Assembly (NCBI GenBank): GCA_029260035.1
Contig: JAJDEA010000079.1
Coordinates: 4,803-68,802, forward strand
Length of the DNA: 64,000 nucleotides
Origin: Phycisphaerae bacterium
GTDB taxonomy: Bacteria; Planctomycetota; Phycisphaerae; UBA1845
Direction of reading: 5' to 3'
Shown here piece after piece: positions 16,749-28,690 of the stretch. Every line of letters begins with the position of its first letter. Positions within the stretch are counted from its first letter, which is position 1. A program made the translations under genes and the position numbers. The notes beneath the pieces were generated by a model. It had not been told where the DNA came from and did not search any database. It was given only the letters and a program-made list of their open reading frames with translations.

Positions 16749-19100
16749 ATGGCGTTGGCTGTACAGAATCTTGAAAGAGAATGCGACGGCAAGGACTGGC
16801 TGACGATCGATGAGGCCGTGAGTCTTACCGGCGATTCGCCGCGAACGCTTCGCTGGCGCGCCTTGAAGGAGGCGGATGATTCACGTCGCAGTGGGCGAAC
16901 TCCACTAGCCCGAAAGGCACCGCCACGCGATGGTCGAACGAAATCAGTGTGGTGGGTTCATAGACGCTTGGATCGACGTTTATCTAGCTGTCCGAGCAAG
17001 CCCGACCGGAACGATCAGGACCGTGGAATGCTCTTGGAACGGTTTCCTGCCCATCAAGTCGAACACGCCTACCGGAAAGCGCGTTGGCTGCGTCAGTGGG
17101 AGCGCGCGTGCCAGCGCCGTCGGTCGAGCGACGTCACACAAAAGGCACTGGCGGAAAGCATTGTTACCGAGGCACGCGAAGTTGAGGGCGCCAGCTTTCA
17201 CATTAGTTACAGAGCGCTTCAACACTGGAGACGGGCATACAATGCGCGCCATGCGAACGGTCGAATTGCTGGGGTCTCAGGGCTAATTGATTGTCGGTCG
17301 ATTGAATCGCCAAAGGAAACCGACAGTGATACCAAGGGGTCGTCGGGAACTCGCGCTCCACAGTCCATAAATTTCTTCTATGAGATGTTCCACACCGAGC
17401 AACGCTTGAGCGTAAGGTTGTGTCACGAGTTGACAGCGCGTGAAGCCAAAAATAAGGGCTGGGCTTGGCCGCCGTCGTACAGTGCAACGTCTCGGTGGTT
17501 GTCACGCTATGACAACCGGTCCACTTCGTACCTGCTTCGCCATGGTACCGACGTGTGGTGCCATCGCTATATGCCGTTTCTTGAAATCGACTATACGGCA
17601 ATCGACCCCGGCCAGTTCTTTCAGACCGATCATCACCAGTGCGATTTTTGGATCGAACACGAGGGAAAGCAATTGCGCCCGTGGCTCACGATTGTGCAAG
17701 ACCTTAGAAGTCGGGCTGTGTGTGGATGGCACCTTGGCGTCAGTCCACACCAGGACGCCATCGCCGCTTGTTACCTCTCGGCATTCCGAAACTGGTCAAT
17801 TCCCGAAACGCTCCGGATCGACAACGGCAAGGATTTTGCGAGTCGTTTGCTGACCGGTGTCACCAAATCGACGCGTGAACGGTTGCGCCGAGAACACGGT
17901 TCAAATTGGCGACAAGTTCTCCGGAGAGACGAAAACCTAGTCGATCAAATTGATCCAAGGTTTGTTGGAATCACCGAAGAGCTTGGCATTGAAACGATCT
18001 ACGCAATCCCGTACAGCCCGTGGTCGAAGGGTATTACGGAGCGTTGGTTCGGTACGTTTGAAAACCGATGCGGAAAATCATTCACAACCTACTGCGGGAA
18101 CGCGGCATTCAACAAACCGCAGTGCCTGGACGTGATTCGGCGAGGCTACACCTCTGAACAAAAGCGTCGGCTTCGCAAGCGCCACGGTCGTGACTGGAAG
18201 AGAATCGCCGTATTGCGATTCGTGGACACGTCCGACGTCCCTACGCTGGATCAGGCACAGGCCGCAATCGGCGAGTATGTCGAAGAATACCACAATACGG
18301 CACATACCGCAGACGATATGGCGAATCGAACCCCCCTTGAAGTTTGGCAGACCGCGACGCAATTGCGACGGGCAGATGACACGGCTCTGCTTTTTCTCAT
18401 GCAGGCTCGCGGTGTGTACCGAGTCGGCCCTAACGGCGTCGCGTTCAAGGTCGGTGGTGTCCGCATGACGTACGGCATGGGGAATCAATACCTGTACAAA
18501 TACGTCGGTCGTGATGTGTTCATCACGATTGATCCGAACCACTTAGACTGTTGCTACGCCTTTACGCCAGACCGCGCCAATCGCCGCTTAATAGGACGGT
18601 TGGATGCGAACAAGCGAATCAGCCCAACGGCTACGGTGGCCGATCTTCGCGAGGCGAGTGCCGAAGTGGGACGGCGTCGGAAGATCATGCACAAAGCGGT
18701 TCGCGAGTCACCAGCCCGCACGCGGACCGCTGTTGACGAAATGGCCGCCAAACGTCGCGAGCGTGTGCAGGAACTCCGTGCGACCGGCACGGATGGAAAA
18801 CCAAACGCCAACGTGAAGGTTGTCCGAACAGGGTTTGAAGGGGCATCGAAACCAGTTCGGACGCCGTCCGCAAGTCGTAGCGCAAGAGACTTGAGTGCCG
18901 AGCGTGAAGCGCTGGGATTTGTGCCTGCACCTCCTGTTCCGGAGAAAAATCAGGAGCGTGCTACGCTGGATATGATCGCTTGGAATGTGTGCTCACCCAA
19001 GGATGGGAGCGAGCCAGATCATGGCACGGACGCCGAGGCGCCTAAGTCAGACTTACTGAGTTTGATTGCGGGGAATCGGCATGAGCGAACAGACGAATAA
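16749..19100 (+). CDS. MuA-like DDE transposase (copy 2)
   Basis: 783 aa. D (QTDHHQCD), D (RIDNGKDF) and E (PWSKGITERWF) are conserved. By eye, about two-thirds identical to copy 1, except the last ~100 aa, which are nearly identical. Confidence 0.85.
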   Translation: MALAVQNLERECDGKDWLTIDEAVSLTGDSPRTLRWRALKEADDSRRSGRTPLARKAPPRDGRTKSVWWVHRRLDRRLSSCPSKPDRNDQDRGMLLERFPAHQVEHAYRKARWLRQWERACQRRRSSDVTQKALAESIVTEAREVEGASFHISYRALQHWRRAYNARHANGRIAGVSGLIDCRSIESPKETDSDTKGSSGTRAPQSINFFYEMFHTEQRLSVRLCHELTAREAKNKGWAWPPSYSATSRWLSRYDNRSTSYLLRHGTDVWCHRYMPFLEIDYTAIDPGQFFQTDHHQCDFWIEHEGKQLRPWLTIVQDLRSRAVCGWHLGVSPHQDAIAACYLSAFRNWSIPETLRIDNGKDFASRLLTGVTKSTRERLRREHGSNWRQVLRRDENLVDQIDPRFVGITEELGIETIYAIPYSPWSKGITERWFGTFENRCGKSFTTYCGNAAFNKPQCLDVIRRGYTSEQKRRLRKRHGRDWKRIAVLRFVDTSDVPTLDQAQAAIGEYVEEYHNTAHTADDMANRTPLEVWQTATQLRRADDTALLFLMQARGVYRVGPNGVAFKVGGVRMTYGMGNQYLYKYVGRDVFITIDPNHLDCCYAFTPDRANRRLIGRLDANKRISPTATVADLREASAEVGRRRKIMHKAVRESPARTRTAVDEMAAKRRERVQELRATGTDGKPNANVKVVRTGFEGASKPVRTPSASRSARDLSAEREALGFVPAPPVPEKNQERATLDMIAWNVCSPKDGSEPDHGTDAEAPKSDLLSLIAGNRHERTDE

Positions 19101-20223
19101 CGAACACGCGTTTGATCTTCTTTCTGAATCATCACGCGTGGTAAGGACAGCAAGGATGCTCGATCCAGACAACCAACTCAAGGACAACCAGCGCAAGGAT
19201 ATTTGTGAGCGTGTGCTTCGGTTCATCGAAGAGCACGGAATCACCCAAGCATCCGTGGCTCGTGAAGTGGGAATCAGTTCCACAACGATCAGTGATATAC
19301 TTCGTCTCCGGTACAGAGGTAAGACGGGCGATGCGCAGCTCATTAAGTTGCACAATTGGCTTGAACTCGCCGCGCGGCGTGAGAATCTCTTGCGTAACCG
19401 CCAATTCGTTGAAACCTCCGTTGCCTTGGAAATACTCCAAGTGGCTACTGTCGTAGCGGAGACGTGCAAGATGGGTGTCGTGTTCGGTCCGGCACAAATA
19501 GGCGAGACGTTTGCGCTCACGGCAATCGAAGGCGACCAGCGCTTTGGCGATCCGGTTCTCATTCGGATTGACGAATCGATGCTTCGTCCGCTTCCTGTGT
19601 GTCGTGCGATCGCGTCTCAGTTTGAACTCAGTACAAACGGCCCGTTCGATACGCTATTCAGACGGATCATCAAGCGGTTGGCAGGCACAAAACGGATGCT
19701 GATTTTCGACGAAGTCGAGCGTGTGAACTACAAGGCGCTCGAAATGATCCGCGACCTACACGACAAGACCGGCTGCCCCGTGCTGCTTGCAGGTAAGCCA
19801 ATGATCTTCGCAAAGCTCGGATTCCGAGAGGTAGGCGACTTCTCCGAAGTGACAGACCAACTGGCCGCACGCGTTGTGATACGGCGCGACCTCACCGAGC
19901 GAACGCGTGGCGATCACCCGGCGCCGCTGTTTACTCTGAAAGACATCCGCAAACTGATCGGGCGATCCGATCTGAATCTAAAGGTAACGAAGGACGCGGA
20001 AAAGTGGCTGCAAGAGAGAGCATCCACACTTGGCATGGGTGGCATCGGGGCGGCGCTTGTTGCGCTCTATCTTGCTGCCAAAGTTGCGTTTGCGAAGGGT
20101 GACGAATCAATTACTAACGATCATCTGGAAAGAGTCACCGACTTAACGATCGGGCATGAGAGCGCAGCACACATTGCCGACTTGGTTGCGGATTCTTCCG
20201 GTGTCATGCGACGGGTCGTTTGA
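19081..20223 (+). CDS. MuB-like AAA+ ATPase with HTH (copy 2); Walker A lysine replaced by glutamate
   Basis: ~90% identical to copy 1 by eye, but the P-loop reads GPAQIGET (codon GAG at ~19504-19506, versus AAG at ~10996-10998 in copy 1). Confidence 0.8.
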   Translation: MSEQTNNEHAFDLLSESSRVVRTARMLDPDNQLKDNQRKDICERVLRFIEEHGITQASVAREVGISSTTISDILRLRYRGKTGDAQLIKLHNWLELAARRENLLRNRQFVETSVALEILQVATVVAETCKMGVVFGPAQIGETFALTAIEGDQRFGDPVLIRIDESMLRPLPVCRAIASQFELSTNGPFDTLFRRIIKRLAGTKRMLIFDEVERVNYKALEMIRDLHDKTGCPVLLAGKPMIFAKLGFREVGDFSEVTDQLAARVVIRRDLTERTRGDHPAPLFTLKDIRKLIGRSDLNLKVTKDAEKWLQERASTLGMGGIGAALVALYLAAKVAFAKGDESITNDHLERVTDLTIGHESAAHIADLVADSSGVMRRVV

Positions 20224-20270
20224 AATAAAAAGGTTGTTCCGAACGGAACTCGACAGTTATCGCGGTGGAT

Positions 20271-20717
20271 ATGATGATCGCAAGCATAAGAACAGAACGA
20301 GGTTCCAGCACGCCCAAGCAAAGACAACGGCTTCATCAACTCAAGAGGCGGTTGGGTTGGACAGACGATCAGCTTCACGAAGCGATCGGCGCAGTGAGTA
20401 CAAAGGTTCTGTCCGCCGCCGACGCGAGCCGTTGCATCCGTCGTCTAGGCGGTGGAGAGTTGCCGAATCCGCCGGGTCAAAAGCCAGCGCCTTATCAGGG
20501 GCGACGACAAAAGACCGACGCAACACGCATGATCGCTCCGGGACACAAGGAACAAATCGAGCGGTTGCTCTGTGAGCACTTCGGCGACTTGGAGTCCGGT
20601 TTGGCGTGGCTCGAAAAGAACTTTGACGTGAAGGATCCGCACGACCTTCTAACGGCAAAGCGGGCCGGTGAGGTGATCTATGTTCTCAAGGGGATGATCG
20701 AACGAACAAACGAATGA
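20271..20717 (+). CDS. GemA/gp16-like small protein (copy 2), tentative
   Basis: ~90% identical to 11784-12230. Confidence 0.5.
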   Translation: MMIASIRTERGSSTPKQRQRLHQLKRRLGWTDDQLHEAIGAVSTKVLSAADASRCIRRLGGGELPNPPGQKPAPYQGRRQKTDATRMIAPGHKEQIERLLCEHFGDLESGLAWLEKNFDVKDPHDLLTAKRAGEVIYVLKGMIERTNE

Positions 20718-20850
20718 GACGGCTTTGACCGTCATTTGAAGTGCCTTCGATGGCTATCCAAACAGCCTTCGGAATCTGAAAACCCACGACGCTCCCGACG
20801 ACTCGTTATACGCAAAACCCGAGTCGATCAGGGAGCGTTCGTCTTATGCC
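20718..20850 (+). repeat. Conserved right-end block of copy 2; a diverged left-end-like unit remnant follows to ~20900
   Basis: Matches 12231-12360. The following CGCCAAGTAGGTATTCAACTCGCCAAGTACGGAGCGCCTTTAGAG resembles the half+full unit at 12362-12413. Similarity to the left-end block stops after TTTAGAG. Confidence 0.5.
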
Positions 20851-21160
20851 CCGTTCGCCAAGTAGGTATTCAACTCGCCAAGTACGGAGCGCCTTTAGAG
20901 CAAATAACGTTTCTTCATGACCATTGCCTCCTTAGATCCAAACCGAAAACACTTCCCTAGCGGTGGATTGGTTCCAGGGGGTAAGGCCACTGGCTTATTG
21001 ATGATTGACGCCTGTTTTCGAAGACTCAGATTCCTACTGTCTGCGTCCACCACGAACGCATCCTGGGGGCACATGTATAGACTTGTCGATCCCGCTTTTG
21101 AATACCACAGAAAGTCCTAGGATGTTAATTGGGTGAGCCTAACAGGTGGAGGATTTTATC

Positions 21161-22468
21161 ATGTCGAGAACTACGAATTTCAAGTGCATCACGATTATCT
21201 TGAGCATTTTCCCGGGCCTTGTAGCCACCCAGAATGTAAACGCCGAGTGGCCGCAGTGGGGCGGGCCTGAACGCGACTTTACGGTTGACACATCGCAAAT
21301 CGCTGATCAATGGCCCGATGGCGGTCCCAAGAGACTTTGGCACCGTCCTCTCGGATCAGGCTATTCGGGAATTGCCGTGGATAATGGCGTTCTGTACACG
21401 ATGTATCGTACGAAGAAAGCCGACATGTACGAATTCACGGTCGCCCTTGAGTCAAAGACCGGCAAGACACTCTGGCAAAAGCGGCAAATGGCCACCGTGC
21501 CCAATGATACTGCTGATTATGGCAAGAGATTCACAGGGCCAAATGCAACCCCGCTTGTCGTAGGTGATAGGCTCTATACCATTGGCAGAAATGCGAGGCT
21601 TTGCTGTTTTCGGAAAACCGACGGAAAGTTGCTGTGGAAACACGCGCTGAAGGAAAAATTCGGGGCACAGACGCAGACCTGTGGCTATTCGAGTAGCCCG
21701 ATCGCCTATGGCAAGTCGATCATCGCACCAATGGGCCGTCGCGAAAGTGACAAACGCGAGGAGCGCTCCTTGGTCGCGTTCGATCAAGAGAGCGGCAAAG
21801 TCATTTGGAAGAGCCAGACTTTCCAGATCGAACACTCGTCACCTATTTTGATCACGATCGGCGGTGAAGATCAACTTGTTCAGTGCACAAAAAAGTCGGT
21901 AATAGGCGTCAACCCAAAGACCGGCACGCTGATCTGGGAATACAAGTATCAAGAGTCGGAGGAAGCGAATAAGGGCATTTTTGCCTCACCGGTTTGGGAC
22001 GGAAAGGACACGCTGTTTTTCTCCCCCCGGCAGCGTGGCTGTGCCATCAAACTGGTCAAGAACGAAACTGGCACATCTGCGGAACTGCTTTGGTCCAGCA
22101 ACAAAACACCAATGGGCATGGGCACGCCGATCCTGATTGATGGCATGCTAATCGGCCCGAAACGCGGCACGGTCGCCATTTTCTTGGCAGTGGATATTCA
22201 CACTGGTGAAGAGCAATGGGTGAAACGAGATTTCCCTATGTCCACGCTCCTCGGTGACGGCGAAAAACTAATTGTACTGGACCAAAACGGACTGCTTGCG
22301 TTGACAAAACCGACTCGGAAGGACTTAACGATAGTATCGCAGTGCCAAGTTACGGAGAAGGAGTCGTTTACCGCGCCAGTGCTGGACGGAACGACACTTT
22401 ACGTTCGTGATGAAAACAACATCATGGCCTTCGACCTTGGGGCACCAATCCCCCGTGAAACTAGCTGA
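21161..22468 (+). CDS. Secreted PQQ-repeat beta-propeller protein (BamB-like fold)
   Basis: Signal peptide MSRTTNFKCITIILSIFPGLVATQNVNA. Repeated W..G/YSS..blade motifs. GGTGGAGG lies upstream of the ATG at 21161. Confidence 0.55.
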   Translation: MSRTTNFKCITIILSIFPGLVATQNVNAEWPQWGGPERDFTVDTSQIADQWPDGGPKRLWHRPLGSGYSGIAVDNGVLYTMYRTKKADMYEFTVALESKTGKTLWQKRQMATVPNDTADYGKRFTGPNATPLVVGDRLYTIGRNARLCCFRKTDGKLLWKHALKEKFGAQTQTCGYSSSPIAYGKSIIAPMGRRESDKREERSLVAFDQESGKVIWKSQTFQIEHSSPILITIGGEDQLVQCTKKSVIGVNPKTGTLIWEYKYQESEEANKGIFASPVWDGKDTLFFSPRQRGCAIKLVKNETGTSAELLWSSNKTPMGMGTPILIDGMLIGPKRGTVAIFLAVDIHTGEEQWVKRDFPMSTLLGDGEKLIVLDQNGLLALTKPTRKDLTIVSQCQVTEKESFTAPVLDGTTLYVRDENNIMAFDLGAPIPRETS

Positions 22469-22569
22469 TACGGTGCGTTGCGTTTTTGACTTTGACCTTC
22501 ACCCCGTATCTTGATCCACCGGTAGAGTTAGTTTATTGGGTAAATGTTCGGATGCCCCGGAGGCGGCAC

Positions 22570-25635
<3,066 letters not shown>

Positions 25636-25640
25636 GGCGA

Positions 25641-27701
25641 TTACCTCCCCGGATCGACCTCGCAGCAGCCGGCGCCGATGTTGGACTTGAGAATCTCTGT
25701 TTTCATCAGGAAGCTGCCGACGGTGACCACGGATTCACCAGACGAGAGACCAGCGAGAATCTCGACATGCCCGTTAGCACTAGCGCCCAGCGAGACTTTT
25801 CGCGGCGTAAAGAGCGTTTCGTCCTGCTCAACGAACACGAGTTGACAGCAGCCGTCGGTTTGGACGGCTTCGCTGGGAATGGACACCACATCATTGTTGT
25901 CATGTGTGATGATCCGCGCAACGCCGAACATGTTGGCGCGGATCAGGCCACTCTTGTTTGGGAGATTCGCTCGAACTTTGACGGTGCGGGTTCGGTCGTC
26001 CACGGTGTCGCTAATCCACGAGACAACTCCATCGAATGCGTGGCCGGGCAGGCCGTCCACCGTGAATAGAATCGGTAAACCGACGCGCACCAGCGCGAGA
26101 TCGCGCTCCCGCAAGTCCATCATCACCCACATGGTTGAAAGATCAGCAACGGTAAAGAGTGCGTCCTGTTGCTCAACGACCTCGCCAACAACAGCGCGTC
26201 GCTGAACTATGCGACCCGCCGCCGGGCTGTGCAGTTCATATCGTGAAAGCGCGACGCCGTCTTCGCTGCCAATGGCCGCCAGCTGCGAATCACTCAGGCC
26301 GAGGATACGAAGCTCGCGCCCCACCGCATCCAGTTCGCTCTTGGCCACTTTGAGCGTGCGCATAGCCGCGAGGCGGTTTCGCTCACTTTCAAACGCGACG
26401 GCCTCGCGCGTGGCGTGGAATCCTGCGTCCGCCGAAGCCAGATTACTTCTAGCAGTCTCGAAGTCTCGCTCTCTTGTGATCTTCTTGTCCAGCAGGGTTT
26501 GTTCCCGCTTGAGAGTCAAGCGTGCCAGCTCCAGTGTTGAATGTGCTTGCATAAGGCGACTCTTGGCGTCACCGATTCGAACTTCGCTGAGTTTTTGCCT
26601 CACCTCATTGGAGGGAGTCGATGCCATACAAACTTCCAGCATCCGTTGCGTTCCTCGGTAGATCGTGTCCACACGCTCGAAGTCAGCCGAAGCAAGCAGG
26701 TGGCCCTCGCGCACGCTGATGTAGCGGCTTTTCGTAAGTCCGAGCGTGGGACTCTCCATCACAGCCAATAGATCATCCGCGTTGACGACACTTCCAATTT
26801 CGACAGGTGTCTCTGTTACGACCCCCCCCACACGAGGAGTAATCCTGACAAGCCGCGTCTGATCGAAGCTCACTTCTGCTGGACACTCGATCGAACTTGA
26901 CAGGCGACGAGTTCGGACGACATCCGTTTCGATGCCCGCCTTTCGCGCCGTCGTGCCGTCGAGGAACCGAACCTTCAAGCGATCCACCTGACACTGACTA
27001 TCGTTGCTCCCCGTAAGAAGCCGACGATTAGGCTCCAACCGAATCGAGCTTTTCGTGTCGCCGCTATGACGGGCCAGCGTTTTCGGCTTCAGCGCATTCC
27101 ATTTCTCTTTGACTCCCGGGTTGCAGAGCGTGCATTGCAATTCGGGCAACCCATGCGCGCCGCACCAGTCGTTCGTCGCTTTGAAACTGGCGACTAATGA
27201 TGCATCGCATCGGGTACAGACAAACTCCGGCACGCCATGTTCTGCGCACCACTTTCCCGTCTTGTTGACCTGCCTCTCGCTCGGCACTTTTTCGCCCTTG
27301 GCATCTGACGCATCACCGCTTCGGTCGTCTTTCTTGTTGGCCGGATTAAGCTTGGCCCATTCCGCCGCAACCTCTGGATGACAATTCACGCACTGCGACT
27401 CAGGCAGATCGTGTTCTTTGCACCAGTCGCCCGCTTCCTTGAATTTCGCTGGCGAGGCGGCGCATCGAGTGCATACCGATTCCGGCACGCCGTGCCCACC
27501 GCACCAACCTTGATCGAGCGTTGGAGCAACGGGGCTTGATGCCGGCCCAGGCAGAGTCTTCGCCATTGCGTCCGAACCAGCGTCGTAGCCACTTCGCTCT
27601 TCTCGCCCATTTTTCTCTTTGCATCCACCCGTGATGGCCAGCGCAAGAGTCGTTGCTATGAGGGCCACTCGACAGCCATGGCCACATAATGCGATCATCA
27701 T
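25641..27701 (-). CDS. RND efflux membrane-fusion protein (CzcB/CusB-like) with an N-terminal extension of four Cys/His-rich repeats
   Basis: 686 aa. Lipoprotein-like signal. Four repeats W-C-x-x-H-[GD]-[VL]-P-E-x-x-C-x-x-C (WCGGHGVPESVCTRC, WCKEHDLPESQCVNC, WCAEHGVPEFVCTRC, WCGAHGLPELQCTLC), followed by a HlyD-like biotinyl/beta-barrel core. Ends 5 bp before the RND gene start. Confidence 0.8.
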   Translation of the reverse strand: MMIALCGHGCRVALIATTLALAITGGCKEKNGREERSGYDAGSDAMAKTLPGPASSPVAPTLDQGWCGGHGVPESVCTRCAASPAKFKEAGDWCKEHDLPESQCVNCHPEVAAEWAKLNPANKKDDRSGDASDAKGEKVPSERQVNKTGKWCAEHGVPEFVCTRCDASLVASFKATNDWCGAHGLPELQCTLCNPGVKEKWNALKPKTLARHSGDTKSSIRLEPNRRLLTGSNDSQCQVDRLKVRFLDGTTARKAGIETDVVRTRRLSSSIECPAEVSFDQTRLVRITPRVGGVVTETPVEIGSVVNADDLLAVMESPTLGLTKSRYISVREGHLLASADFERVDTIYRGTQRMLEVCMASTPSNEVRQKLSEVRIGDAKSRLMQAHSTLELARLTLKREQTLLDKKITRERDFETARSNLASADAGFHATREAVAFESERNRLAAMRTLKVAKSELDAVGRELRILGLSDSQLAAIGSEDGVALSRYELHSPAAGRIVQRRAVVGEVVEQQDALFTVADLSTMWVMMDLRERDLALVRVGLPILFTVDGLPGHAFDGVVSWISDTVDDRTRTVKVRANLPNKSGLIRANMFGVARIITHDNNDVVSIPSEAVQTDGCCQLVFVEQDETLFTPRKVSLGASANGHVEILAGLSSGESVVTVGSFLMKTEILKSNIGAGCCEVDPGR

Positions 27702-27881
27702 TCTTCTCCGTTTCTTCGTGATTGAAGCCGCATCGCCGACGTGAAATAGCGCAGCAGATCGACTGCAAAATCTTCGAATATCCTGGCATCAATTACTGCG
27801 CCAATTGGCAACAACACAAACGGCAGCCCAAACAGGTGCGCAATGCGGGCGCAGCGCAGCATCAGAACGTCGAGTCAAGAA

Positions 27882-28304
27882 TCAGATGATAAGTGGTCGG
27901 TCAGAGGGCGGGATCGGGATATTTTGGTTTAGCTGTAACACGTTCGGGCGATGGGCACAATGTTGATGTGTCAGTAATGCGTCGCAAGGTGCTTGCGTCA
28001 CGACAATCGCCGCAACCAACAGGGCGGCAAAATTCTCGCCGTCCGCTTGCTTCGCGTGTGTAGACACGACATTACACGACTCCGCGCAGGAGTCGCAGTC
28101 GCGCGGATGGGATGAATCGTTATCGTTAGGGGCTTCGTCGCCCTCGCTGCAGGGACAATCACCGAGACATTTGCCCCGCGCGTCGCGCGACTGCACTTGT
28201 TTTGGAATGCCCTGCTCGCAGCACTCAACGAGGATGCCCGCGCGACATAGCGTCGGCATCCCCACGAAGCTCCATGTGACGGCAATGAGTGCAAGAATCC
28301 GCAT
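27882..28304 (-). CDS. Possible small secreted Cys/Asp-rich protein (candidate metal-binding partner of the efflux operon)
   Basis: 140 aa with an N-terminal signal-like segment. Motifs ECCEQ, CLGDCPCSEGDE, DCDSCAESC. No SD sequence. Competing overlapping ORF in another frame. Confidence 0.3.
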   Translation of the reverse strand: MRILALIAVTWSFVGMPTLCRAGILVECCEQGIPKQVQSRDARGKCLGDCPCSEGDEAPNDNDSSHPRDCDSCAESCNVVSTHAKQADGENFAALLVAAIVVTQAPCDALLTHQHCAHRPNVLQLNQNIPIPPSDRPLII

Positions 28305-28690
28305 AATAGTAGTCTATGTAACGCCTTCGCGCGCGTCAACGAATATCGACCAGATGGCCGTATCCGCGTGGTAACAAAGCCAGTCCCGCGCGAGAGATGG
28401 TGTGAGAGCAGCAGCCACGCCCCGATATATCGGACAGCGCAGAACCAAGGTGCAGCAGCTGGACACGAAGTTTCGAATTGAAACTGCAAGGCTAGTTCGC
28501 TTGAAGCGGCTCGCTGCATCATGGGTTCACGGGTCCGAGCATCTCAGTATTGACAGATTCGGATTGCTTTTCGCTGCCCTCCGGCTGGTGTTGTGGAGAA
28601 CACAGGGCTAACATGACAACTGGTGCAGGTTTCACAGTAAAGTGCATTCAGCACAAGACCGAAAACGCTACATAGCAAGGAGCCTAGTCC

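Larger units (their letters stand above)
12361..20850 (+). mobile_element. Mu-like mini-element, copy 2, with a different cargo (HTH protein + small membrane protein); its left end abuts the right end of copy 1
   Basis: Same backbone order and paralogous proteins as copy 1. Left-end block 12414-12705. Right-end block 20718-20847 with the inverted core at 20808-20822. Its left end has CGCGCAGAGTA-type units that lack the GGGTTTTGCG core. Confidence 0.55.
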
